NCBI RefSeq assembly: GCF_028641065.1
Contig: NC_073394.1
Coordinates: forward strand, 34,100,001 to 34,164,000
DNA from: Leucoraja erinacea
Taxonomy: Eukaryota
Reading direction: 5' to 3'
DNA: 64,000 bases
Positions 1 through 12,678 of the stretch are shown in pieces; the stretch's first letter is position 1, and each line of letters opens with the position of its first letter. The translations under genes and the position numbers were made by a program. Below the pieces are notes generated by a model. It ran no database searches and had not been told where the DNA came from. It was given only the letters and a program-made list of their open reading frames with translations.

Positions 1-2930
1 TGTGAGGCGTCACATGTAAGTGTAATAGGTAGTTTAGGATCAGAGTACGCTAGAGTAGGATTGCCAGACATCTGCCATTTATGAGTGTCGAATACTGCCT
101 GTTGTTGTTCATGCCAGGTCCAAGCAGAGTCTTTGTGTGTGAGTTGGCGCAATGGGGCTGATATTTTGCTGAAATCCGGAATGAATTTGCTCAAATAGTT
201 AGCCATGCCAAGGAACCTCTGCAAACTGGGCACATCCGTGGGTGCTGGAAGCTCATTAATAGCACTGGTTTTCGCTGGATCCGTTTTCAGGCCGTCCTAG
301 GTAAAAATATGGCCTAAGTATTTTACCTCATTCACTCGGAATCTGCATTTTTTGGGATTGAGCTTGAGATGGATGGCCTCGGCACGCTTCAACACTTTTG
401 TCAGATTGGCATCGTGCTCCTCAACCGTTTTTCCAGCAATAAGGATATTGTGTACCACGATAGAGCATGGGTACACTGCAAGCCTTTTCAGGGCTCCTGC
501 AACGGCGACTTCTCCCGCCCGAGTTGCGGGGTCGAAGAGCTCCTGGAGCGGGGCCTAACATCACCGCCCCGCGCGGCTTGGAATGGCCGCGGGACTCTGC
601 GAGCGCACGCCGGGGGCTCCAACATCAAGAACCCGGTGTGCGATCTTGCACCACCCGGCGTGGCTTTAATGGCCGCGGGACAATCGCCATCGCCAGCCGG
701 GGGCTTTGACTTTGACTATGACATCGGGGGGGGGGGGGGGAGTGCAGTGGAGAGATAAGTTTTTTTTGGCCTGCAATGTGATGGATGTTTATGTAAAATG
801 TAAATTATGTTGTGTTTTGGGTCTATTTGTTTGTAATGTATGGCTGCAGAAACGGCATTTCGTTTGGACCTCAAGGGGTCAAAATGACAATTAAATTGAC
901 TCTTGACTCTTGACTCTCTTGACTCTTGAAACAATTGTTCCATGGATTGTTGAAATACTTCAGTGGCAGAACGTATACCAAAGGGCATCCTCAGAAATTT
1001 ATATTGTCCGAACGGAGTACTGAAAGTTGTCAGCTTGGAAGATTTATGTTCCAGTGGAATCTGCCAGAACGAACTCTTGTCATTAGCACTGTCTATACAG
1101 TCGCTTCAGCCATCTACGACACAATCTCGTCGACAGAACACATTGGATATCGCGGTCTTTTAATTACTGTATTAAAGTCCTTGGGGTTGATTCAAATCCG
1201 TATCTCATCTGTTCTTCTTAGTAGCGACAACCATTGAGGAGACCCAGTCAGGGTTCAGTTACGGGAGTAATCATACGAAGAGCCACCATTCTGTTAAGTT
1301 CACTTTGTACACGATCCCGCATAGTATAGGGAATCCTGTGAGCCGGACGAACAACTGGGGTTGTGTCAGGGTCAATAGTAATCGTGTATCTCACAGGCAA
1401 CCTGCCCAGCTTGTCGTTAAACAAATCCTTGTATTGTGTTAAAATGTGATGTGTCAAATCACAACCTATATTCAGCGGACAGACAGAAGGGCTGAAGGAA
1501 ATCAAACCCATGTCATGGCATGCATCGGCACCCAGTATGGATGGTACTTTCTCACGTACCACGTAGCAATGTAACTTTACTTGGCCGAGAGGGTGTAGTG
1601 GAGAACGATTAAACAAGATAAGTGATGCAGTTGTCTGAGTTAGAGTTTCTGTGTTTTGTGGCTATTGAAAGACAGCCAGCGACATAGCATTACAGCGTGC
1701 TCCACTATTAAACTTGAGATAAAGAGTTTTGTCGTTAATGAGCAAACCGACCTTGGGATCCAGCTTGTACGCTGAGCCAGACAAAGCATGTACATCAATT
1801 ACTGTGTTATCACCATCTGTTTGCGCGAACTCGGAGCTTGGACAATCATCCTGGTTTAACGAGTTGACAGGCTCTCATTTGAAATCTGTTACCGTGTGAC
1901 CGACAGCATTTGGCAAAATGGTTTATTTTATTGCAAAATCTACAGAGTTTTCCTTACACAGGGCACCGGTCGCGAACTGCAGTGTGTGAACCGCCACAAT
2001 TAAAGCAGTTAGCAATCCATCTTGGGTTATTAGTTGGCCCCTGTAACAGTCGATGAGGAGTTTGATTAGACGCGCTGGCTGCATTGACTTCACGAGCAGC
2101 AGAATGTGTCAGTGATTTAAAGTGAGCATTGGTTAATTCAGCTATACGACAGCGGTTTTCAACAGCAGCTAAGGTCAGGTCAACTTCTCGCATAGTGTAT
2201 CATTCAATATGCCATGTATCAAGTGGTCTCATATCAAACTATCTTCAATCTCTGAAATCGCATCGACTAGCGACATGCTTTAGTGCATTAACATAAAGCT
2301 CCACAGGTTCTCCTTGTTTTTGACACATTGAAAAAGATTTATGGCGTTCAATGCTCACACTAACTCGTAACTCACATAGTTGTTGGAATTTACGTAGGAG
2401 ACATTCGGGATCACGGTTAGACTCTGCAGCAATCTGTACACCATTAGCGTCGACCCTAGCCGGTGCACAGTGAAATCTTCTGGCACATCGAGGAGCCTCA
2501 GTTTCCACGAAATTTAGGAGAATTGATGCACGAAGAGCAGGGTCAGCAGTTGGATCCGCCGCTCAATGAAGATTGAGAAATCCTCCTCGAATACACACCA
2601 TCGCTCTGCAAGGTCTGCATCAAACACCAAGATCTCCGGTTTCCTGACAGCAGCAGCCATAACCGCAGTTAAAGAAATAAGCTATGATAAAAACAATAGA
2701 ATCAATTGAGGAGTGAGTCCATACACTCTGACACCATGTTGATTTGTAGTCCTTATAATAACAGTTTCCTTACACCATGTCAGGATGGATAGATTTTATT
2801 GATTACAAGCAATACAACTTCTCTCTTAAGAGATTACTTTAAACTAACGGAATGCAGCAGACCAAGATGCTATCAAGCTAGTGGGCATAACTACAAATGC
2901 ATGACTTATAACACGACTCACTAATCTACA
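1..2930 (-). mobile_element. Gypsy/Ty3 (Mag-type) LTR retrotransposon, 5' half, degraded
   Basis: Gag ATG at 2660 (minus), double CCHC-like knuckle (CFNCGGSH..C), protease remnant and RT (MPFGIRSATEVFQQSMEQLF; FLGMANYLSKFIP). PBS-like TGGTGTCAGA next to an LTR at about 2737-2930. Many stops and frameshifts; runs off the window start. Confidence 0.88.
474..927 (+). mobile_element. 5'-truncated GC-rich non-autonomous retroposon (SINE-like, Rex1-type tail) inserted in the Gypsy RT
   Basis: Splits ..EQLF|..YPCSIVV. Ends TGACAATTAAATT(GACTCTT)n. Homologous to the copies at 36747-37614 and 49128-49308. Confidence 0.8.
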
Positions 2931-3785
2931 ATCTGGAAAGACTGCTTGGGTCCTTGGATGGAGTCCCTGTGCCTAGCATTTCCTGTGGTTGCAAGGGAAA
3001 GTACCCGGGGAGGGGGTGGTTTGGCTGGGAAGAGACAAATTGACCAGGGAGTTATAGAGTTATGGTCTCTGTGGAAAGCAGAAAGGGGAGCAGATGGGAA
3101 TATGTGGCCAGTGGTAGGATCCCGATGGAGGTGGCGAAAATGGTGCAGGATTAACTTTCCCTTGCAACCGCATAATATGCTACACTTGTCGCTTTACCTC
3201 CCCCCTCGACTCCATCCAAGAACCCAAGCAGTCTTTCCAGGTGAGGCAGAGGTTCACCTGCACCTCCTCTAACCTCATCTACTGCATCGGCTGTTCCAGG
3301 TTCAAATTCAATACATCAGGGAGACCAAGCGCAGGCTCGGCGATTATTCGCCCAACAATTCCGCTCAGTTCGCACTAACCAACCTGATCTCCCGGTGGCC
3401 CAGCACTTCAACTCCACCTCCCATTCTGAATATAACCTTTCTGTCCTGGGCCTCCTCCATTGCCAGAGTGAAGCCCAGCGCAAATTGGAGGAATAGCACT
3501 TCATATTTTGCTTAGGTAGTTTACACCCCAGTGGTATGAGCATTGAATTTCAGATAGTCCTTGATTTCCCCCTCCTTCCCCTCCCCTTCCCAGCTCTCCC
3601 ACAAGCCGACTGTCTCCACCTCTTCCTTTATTTTTCCCGCCTCCCCGACATCAGTCTGAAGAAGGGTCTTGACCCGAAATGTCGCTTATTCCTTCTCTCC
3701 ATAAAGGCTGCCTCACCCGCTGAGTTCCTCCAGCATTTTAGTCTACCTTTAGTTTTTCCAGCATCTGCACTTCTTTCTTAAACAA
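2931..3785 (+). mobile_element. Penelope-like element 3' fragment (GIY-YIG region) with inverted 5' part
   Basis: 3154-3785 matches the PLE at 34071-35463 (GETK.RLGD.F, HFNS.SH, LGSLHPSGM). 2931-3150 is the reverse complement of upstream/overlapping PLE sequence. Confidence 0.82.
3656..3683 (+). ncRNA. Minimal type I hammerhead-ribozyme-like motif of a Penelope-like element
   Basis: CUGAAGA-A-GGGUC uu GACCC-GAAA-UGUC: CUGANGA and GAAA core boxes flanking a 5-bp stem II. Confidence 0.6.
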
Positions 3786-4420
3786 GGCATTATGTTTTGC
3801 AAAAGCACTGAGGAAAATGTGTTGATGTGGGAGAAGTCTCCTAAAGTTTTGTGGAGGAAGTATATCTATTTTTCTTCATAAATATAGTTATAACACGAAT
3901 GTTCACAAAACGTATTTTCATATATTTGCCGAGAGACAGCAAGCAAAGTATCAGAGTGGGAGATGAATTTGGCTACTGCTCAACTAACTCCATGAATTAC
4001 TCTGAACAATCACTGAAGTAATGGCTGCTTTGAGGTCCAGTTTATAATTGACTGGTAGGAATTTGTGAAAGCTTCTCCATCAGAAAGGAAGGCTCAACTT
4101 GTTCCTGCTCCAAAGGTTGTGTCAGTGTTTGGATTTGAACCTGAACATGTGCAAATTTGATCCTCACTTACAAAATATCCAACTTATGATCCTCACTTAT
4201 GAATAAGTGAAAAAAATCACTGTTCACTATATTCAACCTAATTGCAAAATGGAAAACGTGCGACTAACTTCATCTTGAACATTTGACGAAAATTTGGAAG
4301 GGGTCACTTACCAGAATAAGTGGAACTTAAGCCAATTAAAGCTGCCCTTGTCATGACAAATAGTTATATTATCAGATGGAATTCATGGCTGTCAGATGGA
4401 ACTATTGGGCACCATTATTA

Positions 4421-4803
4421 AGGGCCTGTCCCACTTACGCGACCTTTACAGGTGACCTCCGGTACCCGTGATAGGTCGCCAAAATTTTCAACGTTGAAAA
4501 TTCAGCGGTGACCAGAAAGACTCTACGACTCTTTGGAGACCTCTCACAACCATAGGAGACCTCTCACAACCATACAGGCGACCCCTGGCGACATGTCGCG
4601 GGTGACCTCTCACGACTATAAGAAACCCCTCACGACCACACAGCCTGTATGGTCGTGTGAGGTCTCCTAAGGTCGTGAGAGGTCTCCTAAGAGTCGTAAC
4701 GTCTTTCTGGTCGTCGCTGAATTTTCAACATGTTGAAAATTTTGGCGACCTATCATGGGTGCCGACAGTCGCCTGTAGAGGTTGCGTAAGTGGGACAGGC
4801 CCT
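4421..4803. mobile_element. Palindromic MITE (PIF/Harbinger-like)
   Basis: TIRs agggcctgtcccacttacgc ... gcgtaagtgggacaggccct. Arms remain imperfectly complementary over about 140 bp, with short internal tandem units. TTA/TAA on the left; TSD imperfect. Confidence 0.8.
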
Positions 4804-5042
4804 TGTTTTTCTGCTCAGAAAATTGATGGGAGCCTTATTGGGCACTTTGTGGTAGTTTGAGGGAAAGCCAACCATGTGGTTTCATTAAAGTATGAAAGGA
4901 AATTGATACATCAAATCTCACACATAGAAGTACCTGTAGTAAATAAGGGAGAAATACATTCTTAAAATTGCAGGTGTAAATTGGAAAATAATACTGTACT
5001 ATTATGATTTTTCAAGTAACTATAATTTATTGCGAATTGCAG

Positions 5043-5120
5043 GTAATTTGCAAAGAAAGATCCCAGATTCCAACGAGGTGGATATATTTACCAAGATTGC
5101 AGAAATTAACAAACGATTGG
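5043..5120 (+). CDS. Astacin-family metalloprotease (hatching enzyme/ovastacin-like), internal pro-peptide exon
   Basis: ttgcag| acceptor and |gtaaga donor; 78 bp, phase 1-1. Translates (G)NLQRKIPDSNEVDIFTKIAEINKRL, similar to the DI...I...N pro-region of hatching enzymes, and is in phase with the next exon. Confidence 0.75.
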
Positions 5121-5713
5121 GTAAGAATCATAATATGCATTTTTAGGAAATTGTAACTGACTGCTTAGCTAAATCGATGAAAGTAAAATTGTAATGTGAA
5201 TGCAATGACTGCAGCGTCATGTCAGAAGAGCCATTGGCATTTATGTTGTATCTTTCATGTTCACTCTCAGATGTCCAAACACACTTTAGGACTAATAAAA
5301 GTATAATGCAGGAAAAGTAGTGACCAATTTGTGCAAAGTAAAATCTTACAAAAAGCTATGATATGCTGTGGTCTCTAAATTTATTTACATTTCTGCTGCC
5401 ATGCAAATACATTTTGATTGCTTTGAGTGTGCATCATGATAAAACTATAGATCTTGTGCAGACTGCAAAACTATGAATATACGGTATGTTGCACATGTAC
5501 AGAGGGGACATTTATAGCATATGCACAGAAGACCTTAATCATCATTTCCGCTATGGTGATTTTGAACATCCACCAGTGAAAGTGGATCAAACTTTTCTAA
5601 TTATTCAAATGTTGAGCAATACTTAGAAGAGGCAACTTTAATATATACTCATTTCATAGCAGCAACCCTTTTTAAAAAGCTCCTCTATCACTTCACTAGG
5701 CATGCAATGGAGT

Positions 5714-6349
5714 ACATAGAAGCATAGAAAATAGGTGCAGGAGTAGGCCATTCGGCCCTTCGAGCATGAAACCGCCATTCAATATGATCATGGCTGATCA
5801 TCCAACTCAGTATCATGTACCTGCCTTCTCTCCATACCCCCTGATCCCTTTAGCCACAAAGGCCACATCTAACTCCCTCTTAAATATAGCAAATGAACTG
5901 GCCTCAACTACATTCTGTGGCAGAGAATTCCAGAGATTCACCACTCTCTATGTGAAAAATGTTTTTCTCAGCTCGGTCCTAAAAGATTTCCCCTTTATCC
6001 TTAAACTGTGACCCCTTGTTCTGGACTTCCCCAACATCGGGAACAATCTTCTTGCAACTAGCCTGTCCAACCCCTTAAGAATTTTGTAAGTTTCTATAAG
6101 ATCCCCCCTCAATCTTCTAAATTCTAGCGAGTATAAGCCGAGTCTATCCAGTCTTTCTTCATATGAAAGTCCTGACATCCCAGGAATCAGTCTGGTGAAA
6201 CTTCTCTGTACTCCCTCTATGGCAAGAATGTCCTTCCTCAGATTAGGAGACCAAAACTGTACGCAATACTCCAGGTGTGGTCTCACCAAGACCCTGTACA
6301 ACTGCAGTAGAACCTCCCTGCTCCTATACTCAAATCCTTTTGCTATGAA
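5714..6349 (-). mobile_element. CR1 LINE 3' fragment
   Basis: LYRVLVRPHLEYCVQFWSP..RRLRGDLIETYKI (CR1 ORF2 C-terminus), followed by the 3' UTR and short-repeat tail. Confidence 0.92.
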
Positions 6350-7197
6350 ATACATGGGTATTTTGAGCTGCCATAAAAGTAGGGAACTCCAAAGTGACAA
6401 ATGTCTTAATTGCTTCAGACTTTGGCAGTGTTCTTCCTCAGTGAGAGATGGACCATGGAGTCATTAGGCGGATGGACATGTCCACGGTTCCCAAAGAAAG
6501 GGGATAGAAGAGCTCATCCCTACACACCCATCCCCTCAAGAATATATAGGGATTCACCCCCCTACAGCCAGCTATCTCAAGAGCAAGGCACCTGCAGGCG
6601 AATGTTGTAAAAGCTTGGGAAATAGAGGCCATTCATTTTCTTCAGATATGGTTCCAGCTATTTACTGTACCTACATTGATCCATAAACTTTCTTTTAGTG
6701 TAAATGAAGATCAGTGACACCTTCAACTCCATAGCTTCTGGACTATTCCTGACAATGGCAACTGTTCCAAACCATGTCATGAACTGCAGCTCACTGCTGT
6801 GCTATATTTGCACTTATGGAAAATATTTATTTTACTTCGGAGTCACGTAAGTGACTACGTGAAGAGCCCCGCTCGTGCGCATGCGTGTCATTATCGTCGT
6901 TCACATGGTGAAGTACTGGACCAGCAGGCACGCGCTCCTGCCAGCGGTAAGTTTAAACTAAAAGGCAAGGTTACTAGTTACTATTTCTTACCTGTGTTTG
7001 ATTCCGTGCAGGAACCTCTTTTTACAGAGGTTTCCTGTCGGTGTTTTCGCGAAGGCCGACGAGGAAACCAGCTACGGGCTGTGGGGAGACCCCGGTGCTA
7101 ACTGCGAAAGCGGGTAGCTGTGGAATGTCGGGCTCGCGATCTCAGTCACTGACAACACGGTCAGTGACTTCCAGTTGCGCTGGGGAAATATCCCATT

Positions 7198-7335
7198 TGG
7201 GTGGCACTGCATCACAGCGGTAGAGTTGCTGCCTTGCAGTGCCAGAGACCCGGGTTCAATCCTAGCTACTGGTACTGTCTACAGAATTTGTACGTTCTTA
7301 TTGGACAATGTGAGTTTCCTCTGGATGCTCTGTTT
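7198..7335 (+). mobile_element. tRNA-derived SINE (V-SINE/HE1-like) 5' fragment inside DIRS copy 1
   Basis: gtggca..cagcggtagagttgctgcct..agagacccgggttcaatcc: A-box and B-box-like head. Confidence 0.6.
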
Positions 7336-8204
7336 TAGAACGGTAGTGCCAGGAGGGTTGTAAGATATACTGGTGTTCCCGGGGTGGGGGAAATCCAGCA
7401 GCAATGAGGCTCCCAGACCGCAGTGGTCCCCAGGATATGGGATAAAACTAACCAGAATGGTCAGCCCTAGTGCCGGGATGGTTCTCCTCCGGTAAGGTAT
7501 ACAAATTTGGAGGTTGGCCAGGATGGAGCTCCTAATGGAGAGGATGCTCCATCTAGATATACTAGGGAGTTATGTCAGCGCGGGCCTATGGGAGAGCCCG
7601 CGCCAGCAGCGCCTTGGACAGGGCTGCTTAATGTTGATGCCTAGTCTATGGCAGCGCCGACCGATGGGGGAGCCGCGCCAGCAGCGCCTTGTAACAGGGC
7701 TGCTTAATGTCTTCCTCTAGGAGGAGGAGAGCATAGCGGGTCAGTATAAGTCTGACGCCGAGTCTGAGGGTATAGCTGTGGAGCATACCCCAAGGGATGA
7801 AGGGCACGTGTCAGAAGTACCATTCCTGGCAGCAAGGTTTGCCATTCCAACACAATGCAGTGAACACCGCTCAGGGGGACATTAGAGACAGCCGCCAAAT
7901 CTTCTATTCAGGTAAGACCTATTCAACAGGGAAAACCTGGAGGACGAAGCATAAGCTGTTGGACCAGTCAAGGCCAACAATGAGCAAAGGTTCATCGTTT
8001 CATCGGCAGTAAGCGGTTCACTGAAGCAGGTGGCAGCATGAAAGCTGGCCAGAGGCTCCACGCACTCTGCCAGTTCTACTCTACAACTAAGGACCACTTA
8101 CAAGTTGGTAAGATTTACACTTGGTTGCACAATACACAAATGATTAAGACATTATCATCTCCTTAGAGGCATCTAACCATGTAAAATTGGACAATACTAG
8201 CATT

Positions 8205-8450
8205 CCAAGCAGGTCGGAATTGGGCCAGAATTGTGTTTTGAGGCTCATTATTTTTGGCCAGGATTGCCTTCGAGACAGGCTGGGAAAAATGGGCAGAATT
8301 GTCTTTTCAAGGCAGGTCAGAATTGGGGCCAGAATTGTCTTTCGACACTGGGTCAGAATTATGGCCAGGGTTGTCTTTTAAGACAGGGCAGAATTATCAG
8401 ATAGGCTCGTAAATCGGGTCAGAGTTGCCGTTCAAGGCAGGCACAAAATG
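8205..8450 (+). repeat. Degenerate tandem repeat, unit about 37 bp
   Basis: Recurrent aggcaggtcagaattggggccagaattgtcttt-like units, about 6 copies. Confidence 0.6.
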
Positions 8451-11400
8451 ATGGCATGCGTGGCCTGTTCATTATGAAAGATGGCTGATTAACAACTGAT
8501 TTTCACAGGGAGTTCCCATTTACAGGGATCATCGGAGATATTTGGAGGAGGCAATTGCTATGATAAGGCAATAATAACAGTATGATGACAATAAGTATTT
8601 AAAGCGGACTACTCAGAGTTCAAAAACACTGTGATGACTTGTCTGGATGATATTTTAACGCCATATTTTTGCTAAAATCCACAGTTTCAGTCTCAAACTA
8701 TATATAAGAAATTGGGCTCCTCTATCCAATTAAAATTAAATTGTTACCAAATAGACTTGTTGGTCATTGGGATTTACCTTAGCTATTAATTGGCCTATGA
8801 CGCCACCCTGGGCAACAGATTGGAGTTAATAGAAATCTGTAACACCCTTGTTGTTATAATCAGCCTCTATTCATTAAGGCTAATTGGCAATATAATAGCT
8901 GTGATTCAGCTGTGCAAGTGGGAGAACTGACATGCTAAATGGCAAACTCTAAAAGGGCCATGTAGGTCATTGTTAATACACCTATGCTATTACTAGCTGA
9001 AACTATCAAAGTCACAATGATGGACAAACAGTATTCAGAATTGCTCCAGCAGTTGGTCAGTAAATATTTCAGTTATATTGCAAAATAATGCTAATGGCCC
9101 TAACATGGGAAATTGCTGAATGGCATCTCCAGTTTGGAGATGGATGAGATTTGCATGAGTTACCAATTCTTCAGTTATTGGTATCAACTATCTATAGACC
9201 CTACGTACATTCTATGGGTTAAAGAGTGATTGAGCGAATATGCATAATCTGCATGCTCAACTTCAGGTTGATACACTATGATGGTGGCATATGTTAGTCA
9301 ACCAAGTAAAAGTATCCTGTAATAGTTTACCTAATCTCATTTGCCTCTGGTGTATCATCAAGTACAGATCAATGACAACACAGAATGGGTGTTGGATCAC
9401 ACAGTATTTATGAATTTCTGGTTATGGAACACCGAATATCGATATGTTGCTTTCATGCTTATTCACAGGTTGCAAAAATATGTGGCATAACAGTGGCGAA
9501 AGATACATTCTCGCTACAAGGAGGAGGAATGGTCTTTTATATCTTCCTCCATTTTGCCTAGTCAGTCAGGTCTTCAAATAAAGTCATCAAGATCCCGCTT
9601 TAGGTTTTTCCTACTGTCTGATTGACCTATGCAGCTTAGATTCTCGATTTGTCGGGAGTAATAATACAACCTTATACGGTTATTCTAAACGTAAATGTTG
9701 TTGGTTCAGGCTGTGGCTCGTGAAATCAGCCCAGCATGATAAAATCAATTTATGCTCTGTAGATTCTGAATAGACTGCCCCTACGGCTTGGGTTGTCACA
9801 CTTATCCTTGTATGTGTTCATTCCAGAGTGCTGAGATAGCACCAAAAAAGGAAAAAGCAGTACATTTCTTTTTCAGGAGATGGGAAGTGTTGTTTAATGC
9901 TAATGTTACATTTAAAACGGTACAGGTTATTGACGTCTTGGAGTTCATTTTAAATGGTCTTTTGACAATAATTGAGTTATAGGACCATTAACTGTGCCAA
10001 CGTGCTTTCCCATCATATTTGCTGCAGCAAACGGGACCCACTCTGTCGGGTTCACCCCGGATATCGAGTTTGTAAAGGATATCTTTAACACAAGTTCTCC
10101 CAGGGCAAGTACAATGCAGTATGGGATATTGACATTGTGTTAACACTATAACAAAAGGGGGCTCCAGTTACATCTTTAGGTTTGGCCGCCTCTCATAAGG
10201 CCCTGGCCCTGGTTTAGCGCAACACTCGCTACATATTGCAAAGGGACAGGATGATTACATCTGTAAATAATATACATAATATTTTATGTTTATAATTACT
10301 TAAGCACAGCAGAAGGGGTGTCAGGTCTCAAAATAGTTCAAGGAATACCCAGGGACCTTTAGCTATGTGAGGGCACACATATACAACAATGCGTCAAGGT
10401 CACCAAGAACCTTCAAGGCTCTGAACTTGCAATGCTTGTTAATACAAAAAACTTTATAAAACGTATTTGGTTAAACCATTTCCAGGTGATAAAACGGGGT
10501 TGATTTATGCATGAGTAGATATTGATTTCCAGATCTCACTGCACCAGGGCTGCTACAACATCAGCAGCAAGGGTTATTTACGTTCCGCTGGACCACATCC
10601 TAACGGTTGCGGCATGGTCAAAGGAACGATTTTCCAAACATTTTATAATAACCCATTGCCAGACCAAGGGTATTTGTCAACTCTATTTTACGTTTTATTT
10701 ATAGTTCCACCCGGATGAGTGGTGTTACTATTATTATTACTTCATTTAACAGAATCAGCATGTATTAAATCTATGTCATGACTGTATGCATTATGAATGT
10801 TTCCCTCATCTGTCAATGAAGCAGCTGTGGTTGTGTAGACTCGTTTCTCACGGCATGAAATCACAGAGCTTTAAAATCTTCAAGTAGTCACTCACGTGAC
10901 TCCGAAGTAAAATAGTAAGATTAAACGAGAACTTACCAGTTTGAAGTTTGATCTTTATTTTATGGTGAGTACGTACCCTCCACTCACAACCCTCTCTCAC
11001 AAAGGTTATCTGGTAGTTCTAGGTTTCTGATCTTACTATGATACTTCAATTACTGTTATCTGTGATTTCACACCGCTGCTTTGAAGATTGATGCGCGCGA
11101 GCGGGGCTCTTCACGTACTCTCCAACGTAACTCATCATAAAATAAAGATCAAACTTCAAACTGGTAAGTTCTCGTTTAATCTTACTATTATATTTACTAT
11201 CACCTTTGCCATGATTAGAAATCAGCAGTCATAGGCAAATTAATATGAAATTGCAGGATTCTTGAAAGTCCATTATTCATTTCAGTCCAACTTATTTAAT
11301 CAGACTTTATCCTGCACTAAATGTTGTAATCATGTAAGTCTTTGACTGGATAGCATTCAACAAAATGCTTTTCACTGTATCTTTGTACACATAACAATAA

Positions 11401-12079
11401 TAAACTAAACTGTGAGCTCCCTACATGAATGGTGAATTCCATAGGAATTCTGGGGACAAAGGCTCCTATATCCAAGTGGTCCATATCCTGGAAATGAATT
11501 TTGATTGTAGCTTATGTCTCCGGTCGTGCGCTACGACTACCAGTTTCAGCACTTAGCCGAAGTGAAGGGTTGGATCTTGAGGATAACATCAATCTCTCCT
11601 TACTTGGCTCCATGTATGTGTCAAGGTTCCAGATAGAGGTGCTGAGTGATGACACAATCAGAGCTACGGAGCCATCTGGAGTCCATGAGAAGTGATAAAC
11701 AGTAAGAGCACAAGATGACATTCAATTGCCTTTACTGGAAGGGGATGCCTATAGAGCCCCATTGAGATGATGGAATACTTTATTATCTGCTGTATGCTGT
11801 ATAATCTGGTCAAACACAAGCTCACTAGAGGAGGTTCATGTCACTATACGATGATAAAAGGAATCTAGTATACATTCTACTGAGTAGTCCTGAGGACGCC
11901 AGTCAGGTTCTGTATTACGATAGAGTGATTATATTTGGTGAATTGATGGTAGATGATTACACTACATGGTTTTGGAATAGACCAGGTAAAGTTCATGTTG
12001 GCACTCCAATGTCTGCCTGTGAGTATTTACATCAAGAGCAATAGGTGTTACCTGTGCTTGTATTCACATTGCTGCAATT

Positions 12080-12678
12080 ACAAAGAAAGCACATCATTAC
12101 CTCTACTTTCTTAGAAGATTTGCTATGTCACCAAATATGCTGGTGAACATTCACAGGTATGTGATAGAGAGCTTACTTACAGGTTGCGTCACGATTCTGT
12201 AAATCAAATTCACAGGAATGAAGAATCATGCAGAATGTGGGTGACATTGCCCGGTCCATCACAGATACTGATTTCCCCACCACAGCACTGCTTCAAAAAG
12301 TCAACTAATATCATCAAAGACTCACTCGACCCTAACCATGTTTTCATCTTGCTACTGTCATCGGGATTGAGGTACAGGAGCCTAAACACCGTGATGGTTC
12401 AATAATAGTTTCTTCCTAGCAACCATCAGACTCTTGAATTGTGCAACACTAATTACACCTACCTCAGCAACTATGACCTGCCATGGACTTTGTTTTGCCT
12501 GCTCTACGTACTTTGATTTTGCACTATTATGGGTTGGTCACTGAGTGCTACTGATTATTCATTTATTGTATTGATTATTAAATATTTTTGTTATTGTATT
12601 AATGGGCCTGTAAATCTGCAGCACGTAAGAATCTCATTGTTCCATTGCCAGTGCATATGACAATTAAACCTATTGACA
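12080..12678 (+). mobile_element. Old Rex1/Babar LINE 3' fragment
   Basis: KKAH..LYFLRR, IESLLTGC, IIKD..P.H..F.LL.SG.RYRSL remnants; ends catatgacaattaaac. Confidence 0.7.

Larger units (their letters stand above)
6828..11189 (+). mobile_element. DIRS1-like tyrosine-recombinase retrotransposon, both ends present, coding region decayed (copy 1)
   Basis: Left end tattttacttcggagtcacg..gtgaagagccccgctcg; right ITR gagcggggctcttcacgt..cttactatt. ICR at about 10877-10974 is complementary to both termini. YR C-terminal remnant SHCTRAATTSAA..LDHILTVAAW at about 10530-10620. Confidence 0.88.

Noticed and set aside
7198-7270. tRNA gene
   Set aside because: A tRNA-derived SINE head with no complete cloverleaf.
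8205-8450. CRISPR-like periodic repeat
   Set aside because: Degenerate tandem units with no unique spacers, no cas genes, and a eukaryotic context.
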